Notes under the pieces: model-generated
Database searches by the model: none
The model's input: only the letters and a program-made list of their open reading frames with translations
Told to the model about the DNA's origin: nothing
Shown here: positions 44,588 to 54,625 of the stretch, piece after piece
Layout: the number at the start of each line of letters is the position of its first letter
Position numbering within the stretch: the stretch's first letter is position 1
DNA from: a virus
Strand: one strand, 5' to 3'
IMG/VR virus record: IMGVR_UViG_3300045988_176028
Length of the DNA stretch: 64,000 nt
Program-made: the position numbers and the translations under genes

Positions 44588-47500
44588 ATACAAAATATCG
44601 AGACCCAGTGAAACGGGCGGGTAGAAGGAACCTGCTCGTCATTCTGATGTTGTGCGTGGTCATGACATTGTTCGTCTTGCCGTCCAGCGTGTTCGCCGCA
44701 CAGGTCAACGATTCGACCACGACGATAACATGCGCCAACGGCGGGACTGACAGTGCTACATCAGACATCTCTAGTTGTCTTCCTTCCGGACGTTGGGGAA
44801 ACTACGTTGGGGAAATCACTTCGCGTACGGAACCGTACAGTGGCAGCGATGTCGCCGGTTGGTTCTCGAACGTCAAGCAGACCATCAGCTCGCAGACCCA
44901 TATCGTCCTTCCCAACATTCTGATGCAGTTGACTCAGGTCTGCTGGTCTTCCGCATTGTCCATCAGCCAGTTCGCCGCTTCGTTCGAACCGATGAAACAG
45001 GCTGGTGCGAACATCGACTCCGCAGTGTCCACCATGGTGACGAGTCTGATGGACGGCGGTATCCCCGCCACCATCGCAGTGCTCGGCATCGTGGCTTGGG
45101 TTGGCGCGGCTGGATTCCAAATCGGCACCGTCAAAGAGGCGAGCAAACGAATCGTCATCATGGTTCTCTGCTTCGCTTCAATCACGATGCTTGGAGCTGG
45201 AGCGGCCAAAACCGGAAAGAACGCCACAGAACCGGCGACCGGAAGCCCATGGTGGGTCGTGCAGACAATCAACAACACCATCAACAAGCTTTCGGTCAAC
45301 CTCGACCTTGACGGCATGGCAGACAGTGATAAAAACATGATGTCCTACCATCATGCGGCGAACGGTGCGAAAACCAATTGTCAGGATTACCTGTACTTCA
45401 TGCATCAGGCGTATGACGAACAGGCGAAGTCCAACGGCAATCAGGATACAAGCAACATCACCAAGGCCATCAACCGTATTTGGGAGGAGACCTCCCTTCG
45501 CTCGTTCGTGACCATGCAGTACGGAAACCCGCAGACCACCGGAACATCCTCGTTCCGTATCGCGGAAAACGCCCGGCAAGGTTACTGCCACGTGTTGGAG
45601 ATGAAAGCCAACACGAACACGACCATCCAGAAGGATTTGACCAACAAGGCCATGGCGTTGCACATCAGCGACCAGCGAGCCAAATGGTTGTTCTCCGTGG
45701 ACGGTTGGGTAGACCCGCGTAATCCTTACTTCACCGACAAACCGTTGGAAAGGGAGAACGCGACATATCTCAGCCGTGCGGGCGTGTTCTGGGAAACCTG
45801 TGGCACGAAACGCAATCAGGAAATCTACGCGCGAGCCGGATGGGCGACACTCATCAACAACCTCGGTGACACAGGAACCAAGAACATCAAGAACGGCAGT
45901 ACGAAAGTACGTGTCAAGATTGACGACTTGGACAATGTGAAACCGACCAACGGTGGCAAAGGCGTGATGGACGCGAAACAGAACGGCAGTGAAGACGAAA
46001 CCATCCAACAGACCACTTCGGTCTGCCAGACGATTCTCAAACAGGGTTCCGTAATCTTCTCCCGTTCCACCGATATCAACAAGGAGGATGACGGAACATA
46101 TAAAGACCAGCAGAACGACACCAACTGGGGCGACTCCGCTACGGTCGGATGGCGTTTCGACGTGCCGAACGTTTCCGGAACTTGGAGTGAGGCGAATCTT
46201 CGTGACGCTCAGGATGATTCCACTGTCACGGGCGGTGCGAAGAAAACCATCGACTACATGTATGGCAACAACAACGTCGATACGTTGGGTGCTTGCGGAA
46301 CACTTATCGGAGGCATCGTCAATCTCGTGGTCTGGGGATTGTTGAGCCTTGTTCTAATACTGACGAAGCTCATGCTGATAATGATGGCGTTGTTCCTCGT
46401 GGTCACGTTCCTTGTCCAAGCGTTCCCGATTGGCGAGAAGCCGAAGAACGCGTTGAAGAACTGGGCGACGTACACCTGCCAGTTGAGTATGGTAGGAGCG
46501 TTGTACGGTGCGCTCGGTACTCTCGCAACATTCATTTGTGGCCTGACGTTGAAGTTCACCTCTGCCAGCAGTGGTTCGTTCACCTACCAGTTGATTGCGG
46601 GATTGAGTCCGGTGTTGGCTATCGCCGCAATCGGCATGTTCTGTTCGAAAGTGTTGAAGTGGGGTAATCCGTTCAGCATCAACGCTCTCATGGGAATGGC
46701 GGGTGGAACCGCAATGGCTTCCGGTCTTCGCAAGGGAATGCACATGATTGGACAGCACCGTATGATTCGCGCCATGCGTGGCGGATTCCGTCGTGGCGGC
46801 AATGGTGTCGGACGTTTGTCCACGAACGGTACCGGCGCTGGCATGGCCCATAACGGAGCACGTCAAAGCGAGACCGTCCTAAGCAAGATGAGCCGCGCAC
46901 AACAGGATTCGTTGAGTCAGGGCGATAGGAATCTGATGAATCGTAACGCCAAGGAGTTCGAGGCGATTCAGACGCGTGGACGCGGAAGCAAGAACTGGGC
47001 ACGAATGGACAAGAGCACAGTGAGAGGAAGTCTTGCCGGTGCGAAACTCCATTTTGAGGATTCCACGGGCAAGTTCAAGGGACGGTTGAACAAAGCCGTT
47101 TCCAAGTTCCATGGCGAGGACAATACGGAGGCGTTCGCCCATAGTATCGCCCAACGTCACCCGGGCATGTCCCTCAACGATGTGCAACGCAAAGCACAAA
47201 GGATGAACCATCTGAACAATGCCGGACGCAAACTCCAAGGTGCGGCAAGAGTCGCCGGAGCCGGAGCCGCAATGGCCGGTGCCGGTCTCGCTTTCGCCGC
47301 ACGAGCCGCGAAGAGCGCACCGTTGCGTAACGTCGTAGCACGTGGCGCGAAGGTCGCCGCGAAAGCCGCTGTCACCGGAGCTTTGTTCTCCAATCCGATT
47401 ACCGCACCGTTGGGATTGATTGCCGCTGGAAAGCTGGCCGCCGACCGTAACCTGCATCATGGTATAGCGGTGGGTGCGGGAGCCGCGATGGATAAAATCC

Positions 47501-48591
47501 GCGACATCAGGAACGCCGCTCCCGGCAGTATGAGAGAACGCGACCAGTGGCGTCGCGACGTGTTGGGCATGGCTAATGGTGACGCTCCGTTGTCGTCTCC
47601 GTTCTCCGGCGCCGGTGACGGTGGTTCCGACAATGGTGACAGTCCTATGCCTTCTCCGTCGGCTCCGAATCCGGATGTCCCAACCCAAACCGGTGGTGTC
47701 GGTGGCGCGTCGCCGATTCCGACGGACGCGCAGACTGAGACGATTCCGATTGGCGCTCCGACTGGTCCGATTCCAGCGGACGCCCAAGGACAGCATGCTC
47801 CGGTGTTGACTGAACAGTCCGCGTTCAATCAGGTTCGTGAGGGAATGATGGCCGACTTCGTGGATAACCAGCACATGTCCCAAGAGGATGCGGAACAGGC
47901 TTTCCAAGAGGCCGTCTCCTCCGGCGAGGTCGATAATTCCGTCCAAGCGTATATGAGCCAGAACAATCAATCTCCTAATGAGAATGCGACAGCTCAACCC
48001 GAAACGAACGCCAACCAGCCGGTGTACAACACTGAGACAGGTGAGATTGTTGGTGAGACCCTACCCTCCGGAACGATGGACGCCGCCGTGTCCTCCGCCT
48101 CCACTTGGCAGAAGGCAACCGACAATGCGACTCCGATGCCTGAATCGGTGAACAATTCACTGCAACAGGCGTACATGCGCGAGAATCCGGTGCAACAGTC
48201 TCCGGAGGAGCATTTGCGGATGGCTCAGGAGGAATGGACTGCGACGACCGGACTGCCGGGGTCTACGATGCCGTCGGGTGCCGAACGGGCTATGAACCCG
48301 AATGGAATTCAGCCGAGTAGAAAATTCACGGTGGATTCCGGGCAGACGCAACAGCAGGGTTCGGTACAGGCGCAAGCTCCGCGACAGCAGTCTCAACCGC
48401 AGCCACAAGCTCAGGTAAGACAACAGCCGTCGGTTCGAATGCAACCGCCAACCACACCTTCCCCGACCGTCAAACAGCCGGTGGACGCCAACCCGTCAAA
48501 CCTGACAGGTTTCCCCTCCGTAGGCAATCTTCGTATGAAGAAACCGCCGACCGGAGGACAGCCGACACCCAAACCGCCGTTCATGAAGTGA
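44584..48591 (+). CDS. large polytopic membrane protein (1335 aa), VirB6/TrbL-like candidate with Pro/Gln/Ala-rich tail
   Basis: The TTG start overlaps the previous stop. Signal-like N-terminus and multiple TM helices (residues ~150-200 and ~570-700). The last ~450 aa are low-complexity. Confidence 0.7.
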   Translation: MNTKYRDPVKRAGRRNLLVILMLCVVMTLFVLPSSVFAAQVNDSTTTITCANGGTDSATSDISSCLPSGRWGNYVGEITSRTEPYSGSDVAGWFSNVKQTISSQTHIVLPNILMQLTQVCWSSALSISQFAASFEPMKQAGANIDSAVSTMVTSLMDGGIPATIAVLGIVAWVGAAGFQIGTVKEASKRIVIMVLCFASITMLGAGAAKTGKNATEPATGSPWWVVQTINNTINKLSVNLDLDGMADSDKNMMSYHHAANGAKTNCQDYLYFMHQAYDEQAKSNGNQDTSNITKAINRIWEETSLRSFVTMQYGNPQTTGTSSFRIAENARQGYCHVLEMKANTNTTIQKDLTNKAMALHISDQRAKWLFSVDGWVDPRNPYFTDKPLERENATYLSRAGVFWETCGTKRNQEIYARAGWATLINNLGDTGTKNIKNGSTKVRVKIDDLDNVKPTNGGKGVMDAKQNGSEDETIQQTTSVCQTILKQGSVIFSRSTDINKEDDGTYKDQQNDTNWGDSATVGWRFDVPNVSGTWSEANLRDAQDDSTVTGGAKKTIDYMYGNNNVDTLGACGTLIGGIVNLVVWGLLSLVLILTKLMLIMMALFLVVTFLVQAFPIGEKPKNALKNWATYTCQLSMVGALYGALGTLATFICGLTLKFTSASSGSFTYQLIAGLSPVLAIAAIGMFCSKVLKWGNPFSINALMGMAGGTAMASGLRKGMHMIGQHRMIRAMRGGFRRGGNGVGRLSTNGTGAGMAHNGARQSETVLSKMSRAQQDSLSQGDRNLMNRNAKEFEAIQTRGRGSKNWARMDKSTVRGSLAGAKLHFEDSTGKFKGRLNKAVSKFHGEDNTEAFAHSIAQRHPGMSLNDVQRKAQRMNHLNNAGRKLQGAARVAGAGAAMAGAGLAFAARAAKSAPLRNVVARGAKVAAKAAVTGALFSNPITAPLGLIAAGKLAADRNLHHGIAVGAGAAMDKIRDIRNAAPGSMRERDQWRRDVLGMANGDAPLSSPFSGAGDGGSDNGDSPMPSPSAPNPDVPTQTGGVGGASPIPTDAQTETIPIGAPTGPIPADAQGQHAPVLTEQSAFNQVREGMMADFVDNQHMSQEDAEQAFQEAVSSGEVDNSVQAYMSQNNQSPNENATAQPETNANQPVYNTETGEIVGETLPSGTMDAAVSSASTWQKATDNATPMPESVNNSLQQAYMRENPVQQSPEEHLRMAQEEWTATTGLPGSTMPSGAERAMNPNGIQPSRKFTVDSGQTQQQGSVQAQAPRQQSQPQPQAQVRQQPSVRMQPPTTPSPTVKQPVDANPSNLTGFPSVGNLRMKKPPTGGQPTPKPPFMK

Positions 48592-48606
48592 CGTCGGTTT
48601 GACCAT

Positions 48607-48660
48607 CCGGCGTCGAATGTTTTGAGCATCTTCCACAGCATTCGACGCCGGTTTCCCTTT
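48607..48660 (+). terminator. rho-independent terminator
   Basis: Perfect 13-bp stem: ccggcgtcgaatg (48607..48619) pairs with cattcgacgccgg (48639..48651). Followed by tttcccttt. Confidence 0.6.
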
Positions 48661-48694
48661 CGAAAAACCTTCCAACGTCAAGGAGATTAGAAAA

Positions 48695-49048
48695 ATGGAA
48701 GAGGTAGGAAACCAAGCCGCTGACACTGCGGGACGAACGTTGGGTGACGTGCTCACTGTGTTCTTCTCTTGGGTGTTCACGCCGACGGGCGCAATCCTCA
48801 CTTTGTTGATGATTATTATTTGCGCCGGTAGTGTCGTGTTCGCCATCTTGCAGAAAAGCACCCGCGCGTTGATGACCGCGTTGACCATCTGCGCGTTCCT
48901 GTTGTTCGTGTGGATTATCACCGGTGTCTTGGAGGTCATGGGTTTGCCCGTGCGTGAATGGATGAAGGATATCGCGGCCCAGATGCCTGATATCGGTTCA
49001 CTGTTCATGGAGTTCCTTCGCAAACTGGTGTTCACTGCTACCGAGTAA
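48695..49048 (+). CDS. membrane protein, 117 aa
   Basis: Complete ATG ORF, RBS AAGGAG. Three hydrophobic helices. Confidence 0.55.
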   Translation: MEEVGNQAADTAGRTLGDVLTVFFSWVFTPTGAILTLLMIIICAGSVVFAILQKSTRALMTALTICAFLLFVWIITGVLEVMGLPVREWMKDIAAQMPDIGSLFMEFLRKLVFTATE

Positions 49049-49055
49049 AAACGAA

Positions 49056-49099
49056 AGAAAGCCGTATCCGTTTCATCGCGGACGCGGCTTTCTGTTTTT
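49056..49099 (+). terminator. rho-independent terminator
   Basis: Stem agaaagccg pairs with cggctttct, with an inner tccg/cgga pairing. Followed by gttttt. Confidence 0.65.
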
Positions 49100-49135
49100 C
49101 TGTTCCGCCTGTAAACCTGTACGCCGTTCCATTGT

Positions 49136-49154
49136 TTTACTGGAATGTTTCTCC
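49136..49154 (+). promoter_or_regulatory. degenerate copy of the promoter/leader box
   Basis: Text is tttactggaatgtttctcc. It keeps the ACTGGAATGTT core. Upstream of parA. Confidence 0.35.
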
Positions 49155-49267
49155 GAACGGTTTTCCAGTTCGGCGTGCCGACTTTTCGCCGTTGTTATCA
49201 TCGAAACAAAAAACATACCCCCACCATGATTCCGTCCACACCGGAAGCAGAAAAAGGAAACCAGAAC

Positions 49268-49930
49268 ATGAGAGTCAAAAACCATACGGTCATCATCACC
49301 GTCGCAATCATCAAAGGCGGTTCAGGAAAAACAACCACATCAATGGCATTGGCCGAACTATTGCACAAACGCGGGGAACAAGTCACAGTCTTGGACTCCG
49401 ACAACACGGGCGGCGCGACCATGTGGGAAATGTACGTCGAACAGGAAAACCGCAGACGCAGACAGGACAATCCGGACGCGAAACCATACACGCTCGGCTT
49501 CCCCGTCGTGCAAACCAACGAAGCCGTATTGAACAATCCGGAACTCATCCGCGAAAAATATTCAGGCTGGGTCATCATCGACACCCCACCGTCCGACGCG
49601 GGAGTGGTACAGGCGGCGATAAACGCGGGCGACGTGGTGATAATCCCATGCCAGCCATCCGTATCCGATTTGACTCACGCGGGACGCACATACGCGGCGG
49701 CACGCAACGGCATCGTCCTGTTGACACGCGTGAAGCCGAGAACGAAACTCGCCCGGAACAGCATCAGCGAACTGGATGAGGAAGGCATCGCACGGTTCGA
49801 AACCGTCATCACGGAACGTGAAGCCGTCAAGAACATGTACGGCACAACCGAAATCGACAACAAGGAATATTCCAGCGTCGTGCAGGAACTCATCGACTAT
49901 CTGTCTGAAATCAATCTGGTGGAAGAATAA
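49268..49930 (+). CDS. parA: ParA-family partition ATPase
   Basis: Trimmed to the ATG at 49268 (MRVKNHTVIITVAIIKGGSGKTTTSMALA), a deviant Walker A right at the N-terminus as in small ParAs. VIIDTPPS is the Walker B region. Confidence 0.85.
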   Translation: MRVKNHTVIITVAIIKGGSGKTTTSMALAELLHKRGEQVTVLDSDNTGGATMWEMYVEQENRRRRQDNPDAKPYTLGFPVVQTNEAVLNNPELIREKYSGWVIIDTPPSDAGVVQAAINAGDVVIIPCQPSVSDLTHAGRTYAAARNGIVLLTRVKPRTKLARNSISELDEEGIARFETVITEREAVKNMYGTTEIDNKEYSSVVQELIDYLSEINLVEE

Positions 49931-49960
49931 AAACAGGAGCAGGGGAGTAAGTAGGCAATC

Positions 49961-50416
49961 ATGGTCAAGAACATCAAACGCAACGCTTTCGCAACAGGAA
50001 TGCAGGACAAGCGTGACATGCGCCCATTGGAATCACCGGAAAACATTAGCGAACCGAACACGGAGCAGGAACCGACACAGGCCGTTTCTGAAACGCGGGA
50101 ACCGTCAGACCAGTCAGTCCAAACGTCCGCCGACATGCACGCCCAAACGCTCACGGAGGAAGAAGCCGACCGTCGGGCACGGCTCATCACCGACATAACC
50201 CATCCTGAAACACCGGCACCATCCGAAACGCATCAGCCGCCGAAAGAGAAAAGAATCGGCAGCAACGTCACCGTCGAGAACTGGCGGGCATGGAAATTGA
50301 AAAGCATCGAATACGGGACGAAACAGGCTGTATTGTTGAATGCCGCGATGGACTACTGCTTCCAGCAGGGACACTTCGACCAGACGCTCATCGACAAGTA
50401 CGAGCAGAAGGAATAG
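49961..50416 (+). CDS. putative partition adaptor (ParB/ParG-like by position), 151 aa
   Basis: Immediately follows parA. Acidic disordered N-half and a short helical C-domain. No motif verified. Confidence 0.45.
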   Translation: MVKNIKRNAFATGMQDKRDMRPLESPENISEPNTEQEPTQAVSETREPSDQSVQTSADMHAQTLTEEEADRRARLITDITHPETPAPSETHQPPKEKRIGSNVTVENWRAWKLKSIEYGTKQAVLLNAAMDYCFQQGHFDQTLIDKYEQKE

Positions 50417-50444
50417 GTTCCGGTATACTAATATTCGGATGAAC

Positions 50445-50470
50445 AAAAAGACTTCACCGAAGTCTTCCAG
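50445..50470 (-). terminator. terminator candidate after repA
   Basis: Stem agacttc pairs with gaagtct, followed on the minus strand by TTTTTG. Lies between convergent genes. Confidence 0.45.
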
Positions 50471-50524
50471 ATGGGGCGACACTCACAACAGAGCGGACGC
50501 CCCATTGGTTTCTCTAAAACACAG

Positions 50525-51394
50525 TTAGGATACGAACGGGTTCATCGGCTCTTCATCGTCTGCCACGCCCGCGTCCGTGTCGGCATCATCGTTAGCCGAC
50601 TGGATGGAAGGGAGACTGGGACGGACTATGACACCGGTTTCCGTGACTTCGACTTTCAATTCCGGCCATGCGAGCTGAATCTTCTCCAACGCTCTCTTGA
50701 ACTTGCGTCTGAATTCACGCATCGGATACCCGTCATACTTGAACTGCATCAACAGGGCTTCCCATGTCACGCGCGTCTCATGGCGCATGGCATGGGCACG
50801 GAACGCGAGCCACTGGTATACGTCCAACGCGAGGGCATCGTTGCGAAGCTGGCGAACGATGGATGGGTTGAGAGGAACGCAGTTCTCCGTCAGCAGTGCC
50901 CACATCTCGGGGGAGAACTTTATGTAAGACTTCTTCGCCCCGTCATCGTCGTAGTTGAGTGACACTATGTTGGCAACGAAGAAAGAGTGGGCTGTGAATC
51001 CGCCAGTGGACCAGTTTTCAAGGACGATGGAGGTTGTCGCTAGATTCCTGACCATGTTCATTACCGTCTCCTTGCTGGACCCTGAATAGTGGATTCCAGT
51101 GCTCTTGCAGAATGAACGATAGGTGTCGTCCAAGTAGACGGTATGATTCTCTGCGTCCACACAGTCGCTACTGTTCTTGATGAGAGAACGGATGTGGATG
51201 AGGAACATTCTGGGGGCTGCTCCGTATGCCCATTCTCCGGTGGAGGCCGAGACTGTGATTGACGAGTTTCCGTTAATTTTTCTCATGGACTGAGATTCCG
51301 GTTTCGACTGCGGCAGGAAACTCAGCTTAGACATAACCGACGGCGTGTAGTTGTATGTATTCGACTTGTAGAGGTCTTTGCTATGATTGGTCAT
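50525..51394 (-). CDS. repA: plasmid replication initiator, RepA family (RepA_C-type)
   Basis: Layout YGAAPRMFLIHIRSL...SIVRQLRNDALALDVYQWLAFRA...VTWEALLMQFKYDGYPMREFRRKFKRALEKIQLAWPEL matches the plasmid-encoded RepA pattern I recall. Iterons lie about 240 nt upstream. Confidence 0.75.
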   Translation of the reverse strand: MTNHSKDLYKSNTYNYTPSVMSKLSFLPQSKPESQSMRKINGNSSITVSASTGEWAYGAAPRMFLIHIRSLIKNSSDCVDAENHTVYLDDTYRSFCKSTGIHYSGSSKETVMNMVRNLATTSIVLENWSTGGFTAHSFFVANIVSLNYDDDGAKKSYIKFSPEMWALLTENCVPLNPSIVRQLRNDALALDVYQWLAFRAHAMRHETRVTWEALLMQFKYDGYPMREFRRKFKRALEKIQLAWPELKVEVTETGVIVRPSLPSIQSANDDADTDAGVADDEEPMNPFVS

Positions 51395-51634
51395 GTGACC
51401 ACGACTCCTTCAGTGTTAGGTGGTTGCCATTCCCCGGCTGGTTCCAACAGTGCGGGGATTTTCTTTTCTCAGAACAGTATACGTCACTACCTACCCCTTA
51501 TAGATTCTTTTCTACCCTCCGTCTTTTTGTAGCTTCGAACTGCTTGCGAAAAAGGTCGAACGGGGCATGAGGAAGTGCCACAGAACGTGAGAAAGCGGAA
51601 CCAAAAGTTGGAACTTCTGACACACATAGACAAA

Positions 51635-51700
51635 AAAGTGGGCACTTTCGACACGGAAAGTGGGCACTTTCGACACGGAAAGTGGGCACTTTCGACACGC
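51635..51700. repeat. iterons: three tandem 22-bp direct repeats (origin of replication)
   Basis: Unit aagtgggcactttcgacacgga at 51635, 51657 and 51679 (third copy 20/22). A tttcgacac half-site recurs at about 51732. Confidence 0.85.
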
Positions 51701-51744
51701 TTTCAACCCGAAACGCCTACTCCCATAAGGGATTTCGACACCTG

Positions 51745-51870
51745 CAAAAGGTATACAAAAGATTACAAAAGATATTAATATCCCTTGTATTCCCTTCTTT
51801 TTCAAAAAACAAGTTTTTCAAAAAGAAGCAAAAAATCAAAAAATTAGAATAAAACCATTTTTTGATTCTA
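51745..51870. other. AT-rich stretch next to the iterons (candidate DNA-unwinding element)
   Basis: Markedly AT-rich with short repeats (acaaaag x2; tttttcaaaaa x2). Sits beside the iterons and repA. Confidence 0.45.
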
Positions 51871-52125
51871 CGTTCAGACAGGGTGAACCCTGAGCAACGA
51901 TTATCCTCAATGCTGTTTTTCGTTTCAACAACGTTGACGTTTAGACAGGTCTGAATGTTTTCGAGGGAAGAGAGAAAAAGAAAAGTTCCGGAAAAAGAAA
52001 AACAGAGAAGCCGACACCGCCGGTGGATGCATGTAGAAAACCCCGAAGCCGATATAGGAAACCTCGGACGGAAGGTAGACTTGAAGACAGTGCATGACAA
52101 GCGGAAATGAATTCGGAGCGGAACT

Positions 52126-53406
52126 GTGTTCGGAAGCAAGAAAGACAAGAACGGCAAACAGCCGATGGGCCAGCAGAAGGCGAAGCAGAACCCGAACAAT
52201 GAGACCGACCTGTTCGCTGATGAAAAAGAACGCAAGGACGAGATAGAACTCACCGCGTGGAAGAAGGCGTTGAAGAACACACAGAAGTGGAAGGTTCTCA
52301 TCATCCTGTTCATCTGCACCGGTCTGGTCGCCCCGATGATTTCCGTCCGCGCAATCAACACGTTGAACGAAATGGGTTCCTACCTGACGGAGAAGTACAA
52401 GGAAATCAGCGGCGACAAGCCCGGCAAGCAGGTCGCATTGCAAGCCGTGTACAGTTGGCTGGATGATGACAAGGGCGCTTTCCAATATGGGTATGCGAAT
52501 TTGTGGTGGAATGGTGCCACTGAAGTCAGCACTTCCACGTCGGATGATTCCGATGGTGCCACGACTCAGTATTGGAGCCATCAGATGTCCCTCACCGATA
52601 AGTCGGATGGAAGCACGAGGGATATCACCCAGCTTGTCGCCGTCACCGATGGTGTGGCTACTGCGGTGGGAACGCCGACCGTGCTTCCCAAGACCGTCAC
52701 TTCGAACAGCAATACGGACACGTACCGTCCCGACGGTTACATTCAGCTTGACCAGAACACAAGCCTGACGAACGTGGTCAGCGCTTGGTCTAAAGCGTAC
52801 ATCGGCAAAGACGCCAACGCTTTGACGGTACTTGTCGGAGACCCGAACAGCGACCACATGTACCAGCCAGCAAGCTTGGGTTCGTATCTGAACTCGTCCC
52901 TCGACTGGCTTGTGCAATGCACCAAGGACGGCAAGACCGTTGACAAGCAGAACAAGTCCGACAATCCCGAATGGGCGGCGGCGAGCGTCAGCATCTCGTT
53001 CAAACCCTACGAGAAGAAGGTTGACGCAAGCACCGCCAACGACCCGAACGCGGACACTGGTTCAACGAGCAACGTGGAGACGAGCGTCACCGTCCTCATC
53101 CATAATCCGACCCGTGGTAGCGCGAAAATCGTTGACTGGGGTGCCGAAGGCAGTCTGACCACGTTGAAGGCGTTCAGCAATGCCATCGACCGTTCGCTGA
53201 TTGGCTCTTCCAGCAGTGATGACGATGATGATTCTTCCGATTCCAGTTCATCGGATTCCGATAGCGGTTCCGGTGATGACGGTTCCGACAATGACGATTC
53301 CGACTCCTCCGATTCGGATTCGTCCGACAACAACGGCAGTAGTTCATCCCAGAATTCCGATGACGGTTCCGTAACCGGCGACCCCAATGAGGGGCCGAAC
53401 GACTAA
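52126..53406 (+). CDS. membrane-anchored extracytoplasmic protein with Ser/Asp-rich tail, 426 aa (TcpC/VirB8-like position)
   Basis: GTG start 7 nt after GGAG. One N-terminal TM helix (WKVLIILFICTGLVAPMISV). C-terminal SSSDDDDDSSDSSSSDSDSGSGDD... The functional analogy is positional only. Confidence 0.6.
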   Translation: MFGSKKDKNGKQPMGQQKAKQNPNNETDLFADEKERKDEIELTAWKKALKNTQKWKVLIILFICTGLVAPMISVRAINTLNEMGSYLTEKYKEISGDKPGKQVALQAVYSWLDDDKGAFQYGYANLWWNGATEVSTSTSDDSDGATTQYWSHQMSLTDKSDGSTRDITQLVAVTDGVATAVGTPTVLPKTVTSNSNTDTYRPDGYIQLDQNTSLTNVVSAWSKAYIGKDANALTVLVGDPNSDHMYQPASLGSYLNSSLDWLVQCTKDGKTVDKQNKSDNPEWAAASVSISFKPYEKKVDASTANDPNADTGSTSNVETSVTVLIHNPTRGSAKIVDWGAEGSLTTLKAFSNAIDRSLIGSSSSDDDDDSSDSSSSDSDSGSGDDGSDNDDSDSSDSDSSDNNGSSSSQNSDDGSVTGDPNEGPND

Positions 53407-53424
53407 TCCGAAAGGAAAACTAAA

Positions 53425-53559
53425 TTGACAGGACATAACAAGCCCAGTGAGGGTGACAAGTTCGCTGAGTTCATCAACAGCAATGGCCCGTTGACCGGTG
53501 CGATTATCGCCATCGCGTTCATCGTGTGTCTCGTCATCAGCATCATCTTGAACCTGTGA
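53425..53559 (+). CDS. small single-TM protein, 44 aa (not in the ORF track)
   Basis: TTG after AAAGGAAAA. Hand translation ends ...GPLTGAIIAIAFIVCLVISIILNL. Confidence 0.3.
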   Translation: MTGHNKPSEGDKFAEFINSNGPLTGAIIAIAFIVCLVISIILNL

Positions 53560-53581
53560 TGAGATTTTTTGGAGGTTTCCT

Positions 53582-54607
53582 ATGGCTAAGAAGAAAGGCG
53601 GAATGTCCGCCGGTTCCCTGCTTGGCGGCATTCTGGTCGTGTTGACGGCCATGGTGCTCATCGTGAATCTTGGATTGTGGACTCCCATGTCGAAGATTTT
53701 CGGATTGCCGGAAATCAACAGTCTATCCCAGTTGATGCCGGGTGAGGATTCCAAGGTGAAGCCGGATGTGAAATTAGGGTTGAAGGAGCCTTCCTTGAAG
53801 TCGTCCGGCTCCAATTCGCAAACCAATACTCCAGAAGCCGCAGAAACGCCCTCAGAAACGACGCAGACACAAAATGGGGACAATTCCTCAAGTCAAGCAC
53901 AAAAAGCCTCCACAAGCGTTCCTGAAGGTGCTTTAAGCCCTATCAGCACGAAACAGGCGCTTGACAAACTCGCTGACATCGAAACCGCAACCCCGCACAC
54001 CAAAGGATACAATCGCAAAACCGACTTCGGCACATGGCAGAACAGCAACCAGCTCTGCGGATACGGCACCACCCGCGACTACATCCTCAAACGCGACATG
54101 ACCGACGTGACCATGGACAAGAACTGCAAGGTGCTCACCGGCACCCTCCAAGACCCATATACAGGCAATGCCATCAAATTCCAGCGCGACACCTACGAGA
54201 CCGTCAACGGCAAACAGAAGAAAACAGGCGGAGACAGCATGGCCGTCCAAATCGACCATGTGGTGGCTGTCAACGACGCTTGGGCCAGCGGACTGTGGAA
54301 GGACTCGCGCAAGGGCGACCGCATCACCTATGCGAACGACCCGGAAGTGCTCGTCGCGTCCGAAGGAGAAGCGAACAACATCAAACAGCAGGGCGTGAAC
54401 CTTGTTAAGGACGAGGCGTTGAACGGTTCCTCGACCAGGTGGAAGGACGCAACGCCCAGCATTTGGCTCCCGTCCAACAAGACGTACCAATGCTCGTATA
54501 TGGCTAAACGCGTGTACATCAAAGACAAGTACAAACTGTCCATGAGCAGTTGGGAAAAAGCCGAAACGAAGTCGTTCCTCACGCAATGCGTGGCCGACGG
54601 GAACTGA
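53582..54607 (+). CDS. membrane-anchored extracellular DUF1524/HNH-type nuclease
   Basis: N-terminal TM helix. C-domain GYNRKTDFGTWQ...CGYGTTRDYILKRD...DPYTGNAIKF...VQIDHVVAVNDAW...YANDPEVLVASEGEANNIKQ...WLPSNKTYQC matches the actinobacterial DUF1524 nuclease pattern. Confidence 0.7.
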   Translation: MAKKKGGMSAGSLLGGILVVLTAMVLIVNLGLWTPMSKIFGLPEINSLSQLMPGEDSKVKPDVKLGLKEPSLKSSGSNSQTNTPEAAETPSETTQTQNGDNSSSQAQKASTSVPEGALSPISTKQALDKLADIETATPHTKGYNRKTDFGTWQNSNQLCGYGTTRDYILKRDMTDVTMDKNCKVLTGTLQDPYTGNAIKFQRDTYETVNGKQKKTGGDSMAVQIDHVVAVNDAWASGLWKDSRKGDRITYANDPEVLVASEGEANNIKQQGVNLVKDEALNGSSTRWKDATPSIWLPSNKTYQCSYMAKRVYIKDKYKLSMSSWEKAETKSFLTQCVADGN

Positions 54608-54625
54608 TAGCCGGTTTCTCCATGA

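Noticed and set aside
51635-51700. Tandem 22-bp repeats as a possible CRISPR array
   Set aside because: The repeats are directly adjacent with no spacers. They sit upstream of a RepA gene next to an AT-rich stretch, so they are iterons.
51717-52361. 214-aa minus-strand ORF across the origin region
   Set aside because: It spans the AT-rich origin and the 5' end of the plus-strand gene 52126..53406. Its sequence is low-complexity and Phe/Ser/Leu-rich, with no RBS.
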